A stretch of 39,417 bases of DNA from a virus (taxonomy: Duplodnaviria > Heunggongvirae > Uroviricota > Caudoviricetes), in the IMG/VR virus record IMGVR_UViG_2671181055_000004; one strand, given 5' to 3'. Every line of letters begins with the position of its first letter. Within the stretch, counting starts at the first letter, position 1. Below the pieces are notes generated by a model. The model worked only from the letters and a program-made list of their open reading frames with translations, was not told the DNA's origin and made no database searches. Of the stretch, positions 27,576-35,509 are shown piece after piece. Made by a program: the position numbers and the translations under genes.

Positions 27576-27947
27576 TTACTTCGTCTTTCCTGCCGGAACA
27601 GCAGTCGTTCCGGCCATATCAGTAAATTCATGCTGTCGCTGTGTCTCCAGACGGCGGATGCTGGCCTTGTCCACGTTGCAGTTTTTAATCACCGCCAGCA
27701 GTTGCAGGTTGTAAGTGACCGATGCACCAAACGTGAACGGCTGCGGCGCGGGAGGGACCAGGCAGTCAGCCAGCCATTCAGCGGGGATCGGCACCGGCTT
27801 CACCGGCACGTATTTCACAGACGGCCCGCCGCACCCGGTCAGCCACATCATCAGGCACAGGCACAGCGGCAGCAGGCACCGTTGCCAGTGACCGGCGGAC
27901 AATGCTCTGCTGTTCCTCGCTGTGCTGCATGTTCTGCTGTTTTTCAT
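27576..27947 (-). CDS. o-spanin (Rz1-like outer-membrane lipoprotein), overlapping the i-spanin in another frame
   Basis: Lipobox LTGC after a hydrophobic stretch, Pro-rich mature region; start uncertain. Confidence 0.55.
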   Translation of the reverse strand: MKNSRTCSTARNSRALSAGHWQRCLLPLCLCLMMWLTGCGGPSVKYVPVKPVPIPAEWLADCLVPPAPQPFTFGASVTYNLQLLAVIKNCNVDKASIRRLETQRQHEFTDMAGTTAVPAGKTK

Positions 27948-28128
27948 TCGTGGCCGCCTTGCTGATTTGTGAAATGAGTTGCAGGGTGCGTTGCTGGTTT
28001 GCCAGCACCAGACGGGCTTCGTCCCGTTCACGCACAAGCACATGATTATTGTCCTCAAGGCGCTGCGTCTTCTGGTGCATTCCCCATACCACGGCAGCCA
28101 GCACGCTCATCACCCCCAGCGCCGCCAT
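27778..28128 (-). CDS. i-spanin (Rz-like)
   Basis: N-terminal TM (MAALGVMSVLAAVVWG) followed by coiled-coil; start uncertain (alternative upstream starts to 28299). Confidence 0.55.
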   Translation of the reverse strand: MAALGVMSVLAAVVWGMHQKTQRLEDNNHVLVRERDEARLVLANQQRTLQLISQISKAATNEKQQNMQHSEEQQSIVRRSLATVPAAAVPVPDDVADRVRRAVCEIRAGEAGADPR

Positions 28129-28240
28129 ACAGCCTCCGGCAATCAGGGCCGGTAAGGGATTGTTCACCGCAGACACAGCACACCCCGCAGCAGCACAACG
28201 GCACACAGCAGCGCAATCATGAGCGGTCGCCAGAAGCGGT

Positions 28241-28741
28241 TCAGACTTTCGGCAAATCGTAACGACATAACCATTCATCCGCCGAACGGCGGGCCTCAAG
28301 ACCGGGGAGTTTTACCCCCTTTGAATAAATCCAGCGGATATACTGCTTACAGGACGCGGGCATCTGCCCGGCATTGATAAGGCGCAGGAGCGTGGAGTTG
28401 CGAAAGTTCGTTTCACCGGCCCAGAAAATCCAGGAGGCCAGCGCCACCGTCTGACCACGGGTAAGCGGCACCTGAACATGACGATCGATAGCCGCAAAGG
28501 CCCATTTCATGTCCTTTTCCAGCAGCTCCAGACACTCTTCATCAGTTTTTGTCATCCCCGGTTTCACATCCGGGCCGGTATGGCCGTAACAGATGGTGGG
28601 GGTGCCGGTGGGATCAATGTACGTGGTGTTTTCTTTCCCTTCCCAGTAGCCGGTGTAGTGCGTGGCAATGGTGAACGTCCCGGCTCCGGCCAGAACAAGG
28701 GCAATCAGCTTTTTACGCAGGGGTGCGGGGAGTTTTGGCAT
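28241..28741 (-). CDS. Endolysin (GH24 lysozyme-like) with signal-anchor-like N-terminus
   Basis: 166 aa with ...YIDPTGTPTICYGHTGPDVKPGMTKTDEEC... motif typical of phage lysozymes; N-terminal LIALVLAGAGTFTIA is weakly hydrophobic. Confidence 0.85.
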   Translation of the reverse strand: MPKLPAPLRKKLIALVLAGAGTFTIATHYTGYWEGKENTTYIDPTGTPTICYGHTGPDVKPGMTKTDEECLELLEKDMKWAFAAIDRHVQVPLTRGQTVALASWIFWAGETNFRNSTLLRLINAGQMPASCKQYIRWIYSKGVKLPGLEARRSADEWLCRYDLPKV

Positions 28742-28812
28742 TGTTACGCTGTCTCATGGTGTTCTCTGAGTCAGCGTAACCGTGAGGAAAAGGGGGCAGG
28801 ATTTGCGGAATA

Positions 28813-29235
28813 TCAGAAAAGCCGTGGCTGCGTGCGTTCCTGATGCAGGCGACGCTGGTTGCGGATAACGGAGTAAATCTGCGTCTCTGACATCTGGTAG
28901 TGGCGGCGCAGGGTTTCAATTTTTTCGCCCTGGCTCCAGCGGGAAAAAATTTCATTATTGCGCAGTTCGGTGAAAAGGGATTCACCGACCGGGAGATAAT
29001 AACCACGCCCGCCCATGTACCCGGCCTGTGCGGCTGCAACCTTACGGGCAAGCATTCCCGCCTGAGCAGGTTCAATCCCCTGACGGTGCAGTTCAGCACT
29101 GATCACATCAACCAGGTCCCGCAGCGTGCCGGGCCAGTTCTTTTTCAGCTCATCATCAGGAATATCATCCAGACGGTCAATCAGCGCGTGCAGCTGTTCG
29201 CTGTCACCAAACATGCTCATCTGTGTTTCAGCCAT
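28813..29235 (-). CDS. Mor/C-family transcriptional activator (position directly upstream of lys suggests the late activator C)
   Basis: 140 aa with ...GGRGYYLPVGESLFTELRNNEIFSRW... and a C-terminal HTH, matching the Mor/C family pattern. Confidence 0.8.
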   Translation of the reverse strand: MAETQMSMFGDSEQLHALIDRLDDIPDDELKKNWPGTLRDLVDVISAELHRQGIEPAQAGMLARKVAAAQAGYMGGRGYYLPVGESLFTELRNNEIFSRWSQGEKIETLRRHYQMSETQIYSVIRNQRRLHQERTQPRLF

Positions 29236-29277
29236 ACCCGCCTCCGGTCATCATTACACAGGGCAAGTTTAAAATAA

Positions 29278-29301
29278 AAATCCCGCGCTGTGGCGGGATT
29301 T
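29278..29301 (-). terminator. Rho-independent terminator on the minus strand between the GemA-like gene and the activator gene
   Basis: 9-bp stem AAATCCCGC/GCGGGATTT with a 6-nt loop, followed on the minus strand by TTTTATTTTAAA. Confidence 0.55.
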
Positions 29302-29305
29302 GGGG

Positions 29306-29818
29306 TTAACGGGGGAATGATTTTTCATACAGCCTGCAAACACGCTCATAACTCATCACTGCACGTTCCGACATATCCAGGGCTGCCAGCATTTTGCGGC
29401 GGTGCCAGCGTTTGAGACGCTCCAGCACATCAGAGGCCAGCGCGGGTTGTTGCTCCAGCCACTGCCAGTTAGCCACACCTTCGCCGTCGTTCTGCGCGGC
29501 CGTCTGCGATTTCACCCAGCGGTTAAGGGCCGTTTCCCCGCCATCAGAGATAAATCCCTGCCGGTGCATCACTTTCCAGATGGCGCGAATTTTGGCGGTC
29601 ACCGTACCCGGTTTTAAGGCCCGGTTAACCGGCTTCTGACGCACTTTAAAACCGCGTTTTTTGAAAACATCCAGCACGCGGGATAACTCACCGGGTGACA
29701 TATCACGGCAACTGGATTTGCCGGTGGCTGCCAGCAGCGCGGATGTATAGGTATCATGGTCAAGCTGTAGATCGCGTTTTGCGACATGTATTAAGGTAAT
29801 CAGGGAAGCGCGATTCAT
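29306..29818 (-). CDS. GemA-like regulatory protein (Mu gp16 family)
   Basis: 170 aa, MNRASLITLIHVAKRDLQLDHDTYTSALLAATGKSSCRDMSPGELSRVLDVFKKRGF... matches my recall of the GemA/gp16 N-terminal pattern. Confidence 0.6.
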   Translation of the reverse strand: MNRASLITLIHVAKRDLQLDHDTYTSALLAATGKSSCRDMSPGELSRVLDVFKKRGFKVRQKPVNRALKPGTVTAKIRAIWKVMHRQGFISDGGETALNRWVKSQTAAQNDGEGVANWQWLEQQPALASDVLERLKRWHRRKMLAALDMSERAVMSYERVCRLYEKSFPR

Positions 29819-29888
29819 TATCGTGGCTCCATAAAAAATGGGCGGTGTTACCGCACCGCCATGTCAATTAACATAAAAGGAAAAATCT

Positions 29889-30128
29889 ATGTCAGATATA
29901 AAAAATGCACTTGATGTTGCCGCATTCACAATGGCTGGAAATCTTATGGTAACCCTGTTCGATAAGGGGCTGATTTCCCGTGAGGAGGCAATACATATTA
30001 TCAATCTCGCTCAAAAAAACTCTACCCCGGAAAATGCAGAAGATATCCAGGATGGCTCATATATTAATACCGACTGGCATTTCGACAATCTCCGGGCCTG
30101 TATGGGGATTACCGCTGAAAAAGATTAA
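29889..30128 (+). CDS. Hypothetical 79-aa protein, low GC, opposite strand to the early operon
   Basis: ATG 29889 with AAGGA 8 nt upstream; 3' end overlaps the convergent gene by 20 nt. Confidence 0.5.
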   Translation: MSDIKNALDVAAFTMAGNLMVTLFDKGLISREEAIHIINLAQKNSTPENAEDIQDGSYINTDWHFDNLRACMGITAEKD

Positions 30129-30396
30129 AAATTTTTGCATAATGTTCAGATGTAAGAATTGCTGAACCATCAACACCGAGCCTACGGCGAACGTATTCCT
30201 CGCGGGCTATTTTATTATCCAGAGATACAGCATCCTTAATCAGGTTAATCTCCCGCTCCATTATCAAAAGGGCTTCTCTGGCTGCAAGATTTTCTTTTAT
30301 CGCATATTCGATAATGTCCCGCATACGTTCAAGCATGCCGATTTTAGCCAGTTCTTCGTCGATAGATTTAGGCGCAAATTTGATTTCTTTTTCCAT
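30109..30396 (-). CDS. Hypothetical 95-aa protein (predicted helical), low GC
   Basis: ATG 30396 preceded by GAGGATGAATAAT; translationally coupled to the upstream zinc-ribbon ORF (TAATATGG). Confidence 0.5.
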   Translation of the reverse strand: MEKEIKFAPKSIDEELAKIGMLERMRDIIEYAIKENLAAREALLIMEREINLIKDAVSLDNKIAREEYVRRRLGVDGSAILTSEHYAKIFNLFQR

Positions 30397-30397
30397 A

Positions 30398-30541
30398 TTA
30401 TTCATCCTCACAATTTATACATGCAGTGTCGTCGCCCATATCGCAGTGGTTACATTTTATCTCACCACAATGTGGGCACTCTTTCAGATACTCCGGGTCC
30501 TCATTTCCACAGGTGGGACATTCAACAATTTGCTCATCCAT
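30398..30541 (-). CDS. 47-aa zinc-ribbon protein with four CxxC pairs (below the ORF-track size cutoff)
   Basis: MDEQIVECPTCGNEDPEYLKECPHCGEIKCNHCDMGDDTACINCEDE; ATG 30541 overlaps the stop of the upstream gene (ATGGATGA). Confidence 0.45.
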   Translation of the reverse strand: MDEQIVECPTCGNEDPEYLKECPHCGEIKCNHCDMGDDTACINCEDE

Positions 30542-30866
30542 TATGTATCCCCTGTAATTCCGGCAAGGCCGAAAGATGGCACCAGTGCGTCACCTGTCCG
30601 TCCTCATCTTCAAGGCAGGCTCCGGTTTCTTCATCAATAAAAAAGCCTTCATACCCCATATGGCCGATGCGCAGTTCCTGTTGGTCACCATACTGAACAA
30701 TCAGCACGACAGCCTCCATATCAGGCGGAAATGCGTCATCCAGTGAATGCCAGGGATAACCGCGCAAATCCCCGAAATAAACGCCGGTCAGCGTTCCGCC
30801 ACAGAGCGGCATTCCGGCGGCACACACAAGAGGTTCATCTGATTCAACAAATAAGGTCGTTATCAT
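30534..30866 (-). CDS. Hypothetical acidic 110-aa protein
   Basis: ATG 30866 overlaps the upstream stop (ATGA); Asp/Glu-rich (e.g. IDEETGACLEDEDGQ). Confidence 0.5.
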   Translation of the reverse strand: MITTLFVESDEPLVCAAGMPLCGGTLTGVYFGDLRGYPWHSLDDAFPPDMEAVVLIVQYGDQQELRIGHMGYEGFFIDEETGACLEDEDGQVTHWCHLSALPELQGIHNG

Positions 30867-31414
30867 GGCGTTAACTCCCGTAATACAGCGTCCTCGGCAG
30901 TCCGGCGACGGTAATAAACTGCGTGAGCAGAATGTTCAGATATTCCAAACTTTTCGCCAATTTCCCGGAATGACAGACGGCGTGGGTAATCGGAATCACG
31001 CAGCTCACGTATAAGACGTACATCATCATCAGATATGCGCGTGCCGGGGCGTAACTCTCCGCACTTTGTTAATCCAGCACCAATCATTCCTGCCCGACAT
31101 CTGACAGAATCTTTATTACGTCCGAGATATTCTCCCATTTGCTGGCAGGTCATTGTTCTGGCATTTTTTCGAATAAACTTATCTTCATCAGGTGTAAATC
31201 TTGGGTGTTTATATTTCAGTAACTCCGGGTATGAACTGCGCAATACACCAGTCCGGTTATATACAGCCCAGACAGTTCTTTTTATTCTGGCAGCAATATC
31301 CTTAACCGGGGTGGATGAATAAAGCGCAATCAGCAGCGCATCTTCTTCAGGTGTCCACGGACGGACATGAGCGGGGGCGCGACCTTTTAGTCCCATGGGT
31401 TGTAATTTCATCAT
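30863..31414 (-). CDS. Hypothetical DNA-binding protein with three helix-turn-helix-like repeats
   Basis: 183 aa; repeats WTPEEDALLIALY..., FTPDEDKFIRKNA..., ISDDDVRLIRELR... each followed by a basic helix. Confidence 0.45.
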   Translation of the reverse strand: MMKLQPMGLKGRAPAHVRPWTPEEDALLIALYSSTPVKDIAARIKRTVWAVYNRTGVLRSSYPELLKYKHPRFTPDEDKFIRKNARTMTCQQMGEYLGRNKDSVRCRAGMIGAGLTKCGELRPGTRISDDDVRLIRELRDSDYPRRLSFREIGEKFGISEHSAHAVYYRRRTAEDAVLRELTP

Positions 31415-31417
31415 GCA

Positions 31418-31933
31418 TCACCCCCTGACTCGCTTTTCAGCAGCATAAAACTCATCAGACAGTATTTCGGTCATTTTCTGTTTTGCGGGTTTTACGCCGC
31501 ACTGAAGGTAAATCACATCGTCAACGCAGAACCACTTCACAGGGCCAAACAGGATTGCCGAGAAATCAATACCCAACCAGAACAACAGCGCATCGGTTCT
31601 GGCATACGTGACGGGCGAATATTCACGCCACAGACTGTTCAGTTCATCAGAGGCAACACGCAGGGTTTTAGGGATACGTGATGTGCGCGGTGTGCAGCTC
31701 CAGCCATTCGACGCAGTCGGTTTTCGCCATAAGTCGCGATGAAAAGGATATTTGTCCTCCGTAAAACGCAGTCCCTTAAAGTAAAATCCACTGATACCGG
31801 ATACAAATACCGACCGGCACGCAACATTCAGCACGGCCTCAAGGCGTTTTGCCTCATCCTTAACTTTCTGGCAGTCCTGCTGGTATTTTTGCCACGCAGC
31901 CAGCGCGGAAGGGTTTGATGTTTTAAAGAACAT
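31418..31933 (-). CDS. Hypothetical early protein (171 aa)
   Basis: ORF with start overlapping the upstream stop (TAATG). Confidence 0.45.
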   Translation of the reverse strand: MFFKTSNPSALAAWQKYQQDCQKVKDEAKRLEAVLNVACRSVFVSGISGFYFKGLRFTEDKYPFHRDLWRKPTASNGWSCTPRTSRIPKTLRVASDELNSLWREYSPVTYARTDALLFWLGIDFSAILFGPVKWFCVDDVIYLQCGVKPAKQKMTEILSDEFYAAEKRVRG

Positions 31934-32466
31934 TACGCCACCTCCGCAGATATCCCGGCAGGCGCTGCTGTCCGGTCAACAATCAGGTAGCGCAGAACAT
32001 GTTCAGTGATATTCCAGCCGCTTAAACCGCAGATAATGACGCCCAGGCGTATGTCGATATACGCCATCACAAACTGGGGCACGCCTTCTTTCATGGCCTG
32101 CTCATCAACTTCAGCCACCACATAAACGGTTTCACAGGTCAGAACGCCCTGAGCAAATTCCCACGCCATCGACGGAATATCATGCCCCTCAATCCATGGC
32201 AGGGATTTTCTGAAGCCGCACCACTGAACATCATCAGCCGCAGATTCCTGGCTGCATTTGCGACGAACCGGCTGCACCGGGCGGGGACGCGGAATATCAT
32301 AAAAACCGTTACATTCCGTCAGCACGCCTGCATCAACCGCATCACGCAGAAAATAAACCATGGAGGATGGCGGCATATTCATTTTTTCAGCCAGTACACC
32401 GCAGGTCAGGCGGCCATAAATACACAGCCAGTTTTTAACCCCTTCAAGCACTTTTGCATCAATCAT
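31933..32466 (-). CDS. Hypothetical early protein (177 aa) with possible N-terminal winged helix
   Basis: ATG 32466; no recognised family. Confidence 0.45.
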   Translation of the reverse strand: MIDAKVLEGVKNWLCIYGRLTCGVLAEKMNMPPSSMVYFLRDAVDAGVLTECNGFYDIPRPRPVQPVRRKCSQESAADDVQWCGFRKSLPWIEGHDIPSMAWEFAQGVLTCETVYVVAEVDEQAMKEGVPQFVMAYIDIRLGVIICGLSGWNITEHVLRYLIVDRTAAPAGISAEVA

Positions 32467-32611
32467 GATTTATTTCCCCACCACATTATTAATGACGATA
32501 TAAACGTATTTCATATTTCTTAACCCTTATTTTCTGTTTTCAGGCGCAAGCAGTCCCCTGACGCGAGCGCCATAATTAAAATGAAGTGATATTTAATTGA
32601 TTAATGCGGTG

Positions 32612-33142
32612 TTATTTATTCAGTCCGGCGTCCTGTTCAAAAGGCTCGACATAAAAACTTTCAGCGCCTTTATTCACCTTGATACCGGCAATGCCTTTCA
32701 CAGCATCCGGCTCCGCCAGGACGGCTTCCTTGTTCACTTCCTCTTTCGTGCGGATGAAACGCTCAAGCCCCATACGGCGCAGCATTTCAATCACACCTTC
32801 CACATCACGGCTGACGCTGCATGATGGCGTTCCCAGCCGCCATGACACCGTTCCGGTGGTCAGATTGGCTGTTTTGGTTTTGCCGCCGTTCGTCAGCTCA
32901 TCACGGTTGGTTTTGCACCAGTCCTGAATCCCTTTAAAAAGCACTTTGATTTGCTTTTTAAGATTTTCAATCTGCGGCGTATAACGGGCGGTGATTTCTG
33001 CCACTTCGTCATTCATCGCCGTTTCCAGGCGCAGCGCCTCTCGCTGAATATCTCCCAGGGTGCGGATATCACGGCTGACTTCTTCCCGGGTCTGCGGTGC
33101 CGCCTCGGCTGCGGCCTTTAATTTTGTAACGCGTTTAGCCAT
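32612..33142 (-). CDS. gam: Gam-like host-nuclease inhibitor (DNA-end binding protein)
   Basis: 176 aa; ...RTLGDIQREALRLETAMNDEVAEI...CKTNRDELTNGGKTKTANLTTGTVSWRLGTP...LERFIRTKEEVNKEAVL... closely parallels Mu Gam as I recall it. Confidence 0.85.
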   Translation of the reverse strand: MAKRVTKLKAAAEAAPQTREEVSRDIRTLGDIQREALRLETAMNDEVAEITARYTPQIENLKKQIKVLFKGIQDWCKTNRDELTNGGKTKTANLTTGTVSWRLGTPSCSVSRDVEGVIEMLRRMGLERFIRTKEEVNKEAVLAEPDAVKGIAGIKVNKGAESFYVEPFEQDAGLNK

Positions 33143-33153
33143 TTTGTTTTTCC

Positions 33154-33447
33154 TTATTGCAGTGTGCCTGATGCTTTATGCACGCGGTGGCGTTTAATGA
33201 TGGCATCCGCTCCAAAAGACTGTGCAGATGCCTGAAATTCCGCTGAGAGAAACTGAATAATTGCAGGACTGTGATACTGGAGAATACTTGCATAAACGTC
33301 ACAGAGTGACGTCGGCCTGTTATCCGTATCACGTTCTGTTTTCACATCCACTCCAATCTTTTCATGCACTTCAACACAGTCATTGCCTGCCAACTTTTCG
33401 TCATGCGAAACATGATTAAATTCAAAAATAACGCGTACTTTGCTCAT
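33154..33447 (-). CDS. Small protein, paralog B of a tandem pair (start at the internal ATG 33447)
   Basis: MSKVRVIFEFNHVSHDEK... shares its N-terminus and overall pattern with the upstream gene. Confidence 0.5.
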   Translation of the reverse strand: MSKVRVIFEFNHVSHDEKLAGNDCVEVHEKIGVDVKTERDTDNRPTSLCDVYASILQYHSPAIIQFLSAEFQASAQSFGADAIIKRHRVHKASGTLQ

Positions 33448-33451
33448 GGAA

Positions 33452-33724
33452 TTACCCCTGTTGATTAAATTCATTACCGTTAATAACCCCGGAAGCCATG
33501 CCTCTGTCTTTCATGAATGCACTGGCTTTCATTGCCACAAACTCTGCGAAGTTTCTGCTTTCTGCCAGCATAACCACCCCAAAAATCATGGCGGGTCCAT
33601 TATCTTTCTTCTTTATTCCGGTTGAACGTATATCCAGACTTACCCCTCTGTGCGTGCTGCCATCAGAGTTTTTGCAGATAACATCTTCCTTGTATTCGAA
33701 AATAATGCGTACGACTTTACTCAT
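33452..33724 (-). CDS. Small protein, paralog A of a tandem pair
   Basis: MSKVVRIIFEYKEDVICKNSDGSTHRGVSLDIRSTG...; ATG overlaps the upstream stop (ATGA). Confidence 0.5.
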   Translation of the reverse strand: MSKVVRIIFEYKEDVICKNSDGSTHRGVSLDIRSTGIKKKDNGPAMIFGVVMLAESRNFAEFVAMKASAFMKDRGMASGVINGNEFNQQG

Positions 33725-34002
33725 CCTCTGGTCCTCGTTCTGTTTGGATAACTGACCCGGCGTCTAACCTCACGGCAGAACCGAATCATGGCATTAAAGG
33801 CTTCTTCCTCCGTCACCGCTTCCGGTATCCCCGGAACCAGTAACTGCTCCTGTTCATCACGTCCATGACGCGCCATAACCTCAATCACATGCCGTACCGT
33901 GGCAGGCTTTCCGGCAACTATCGGCAATGCACCTTCCGGCAGGACGTAACCAAACTCAATAAGACCACTCGACCACGCCCATGCAATGAGATTTTTTTTC
34001 AC
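33721..34002 (-). CDS. Hypothetical 93-aa early protein
   Basis: GTG 34002 with GGGAGG 7 nt upstream. Confidence 0.45.
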   Translation of the reverse strand: MKKNLIAWAWSSGLIEFGYVLPEGALPIVAGKPATVRHVIEVMARHGRDEQEQLLVPGIPEAVTEEEAFNAMIRFCREVRRRVSYPNRTRTRG

Positions 34003-34003
34003 C

Positions 34004-34258
34004 TCACACCTCCCAGTAAACCGTGCAGCCGCTGATGCGGGTGGCCTTCACACGGCGGCGCAGGCCGTTGGTCTGTATGGTGATTTCAATTTCACCGGTT
34101 CCCTGCACGTTGCCTACCGGCGGCGTGGTTTTCAGTGCAAAACGTTGCGGATAGCGCTTACTGCGTTCCAGTACCGCACCGGCAAGTTCGGTCAGACGGC
34201 GCGCGCTGTTCAGGGAGTCGAATAAATTCATTTTGTTACCGCAGGATTGCATATTCAT
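34004..34258 (-). CDS. Hypothetical small early protein (start uncertain: 34270, 34258 or 34252)
   Basis: Several in-frame ATGs; GAGGTG precedes ATG 34258. Confidence 0.4.
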   Translation of the reverse strand: MNMQSCGNKMNLFDSLNSARRLTELAGAVLERSKRYPQRFALKTTPPVGNVQGTGEIEITIQTNGLRRRVKATRISGCTVYWEV

Positions 34259-34270
34259 ATAACACCTCAT

Positions 34271-34492
34271 TTAGCTGACTTGTTTCGCACCAACAGAACG
34301 GCATATTCCGCTGTAAACTTCTGTCGCACCTTCGCGATCAAGTCCGGCAGATATCACCATTCGTGTGCGGTCATTAAATTCAAAAAGTAAATCGCCACAT
34401 TCTTTATTTTCGGCCAGTGAAATCACCTTCACGTTATCGAAATTAACCAGGTAAAAGCGTCCGTAAATATCAGGAATATTAAATACCGCCAT
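34271..34492 (-). CDS. Hypothetical 73-aa early protein directly after B
   Basis: ATG 34492 (or GTG 34498) overlaps the B stop codon. Confidence 0.45.
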   Translation of the reverse strand: MAVFNIPDIYGRFYLVNFDNVKVISLAENKECGDLLFEFNDRTRMVISAGLDREGATEVYSGICRSVGAKQVS

Positions 34493-34494
34493 AA

Positions 34495-35436
34495 TCACAC
34501 CTGTGAGAGTAATTCAGGGTTGGTATAAACCTCTTTAAAGGCCGCATTAATATGTTTTTCTGTCAGCGCCGCGCCTTCACCGCTGGCGGTGAGCCACGCC
34601 TGGTTAAGCGTATGTGTCAGAACGCGTAACGCTCCCGGCTTTTCAGCGATAGCCTGCATGACGGCCAGCTCGGCCTCACCACTGATCCCCCACGCCATGG
34701 CAATGGCCAGCACATCCGCCTTTTTGGCCTTGCGAAGTTGTTTTGTACGGGCAAGACGGCTGAACAGGCGCGATAAATCATCAAAGGCGCGGCGTCCACC
34801 TTTAAACAATCCGCGCGGGTTACCAATAAGCACCATCCCGATCCCCGTGGCGTCCTGAATTGCCCGGAGTTGCTCCAGACCGTCAATACCAAGATGATCC
34901 GCCTCATCCACAATCACCAGTCCACGCGTTCCCATCAGGCGACGGCGGATGGCGCGGGATAATGCCCCTTTGTTCGCGCGGGTGTAATCAATCCCCAGCG
35001 CATCGGCCAGCTCCAGCAGACACTCCGTGACGCTGGAGTGCGCGGGTGACAGGGTGATCATCCAGGTGTTTGGTTGCTCCTGGCAGTAATTACGGGCAGT
35101 GGCCGTTTTACCCACACCCGGTACGCCCACAATAACGTTAATACAGCCCATCAGGCGAACCGCCTGAAACAGTGCGCGCAGCTCCTGGACTGTCTGAGTT
35201 TCCACAAACTGCGGCGGTTCCGGCAGTGCGCTTTGTTTATTCCAGTTCTCATACCAGGAGCGCAGGGAAGCAGCCACAGCAGCGTTATCGCCTTTATATT
35301 TTCCCTTACGGAAAGCCGATAATGTGCCGTCGGAAATTCCCGCCTCTCTGGCGATGGCATACTGCGTCAGTACGCCGCCATCAATAAGTTCATCAATGGT
35401 CTTGATTACATCGTTAATATCGGTCATATTATTCAC
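34495..35436 (-). CDS. B: Transposition ATPase B (Mu B-like, AAA+)
   Basis: 313 aa with Walker A GVPGVGKT and N-terminal HTH; directly after the transposase. Confidence 0.85.
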   Translation of the reverse strand: MNNMTDINDVIKTIDELIDGGVLTQYAIAREAGISDGTLSAFRKGKYKGDNAAVAASLRSWYENWNKQSALPEPPQFVETQTVQELRALFQAVRLMGCINVIVGVPGVGKTATARNYCQEQPNTWMITLSPAHSSVTECLLELADALGIDYTRANKGALSRAIRRRLMGTRGLVIVDEADHLGIDGLEQLRAIQDATGIGMVLIGNPRGLFKGGRRAFDDLSRLFSRLARTKQLRKAKKADVLAIAMAWGISGEAELAVMQAIAEKPGALRVLTHTLNQAWLTASGEGAALTEKHINAAFKEVYTNPELLSQV

Positions 35437-35509
35437 CTCGCTTGAGACAGCATTCTCCGAGACTGAAACCTCAAATAACCTGAGTCACCCCTCGGGTTAT
35501 TTTTTTATT

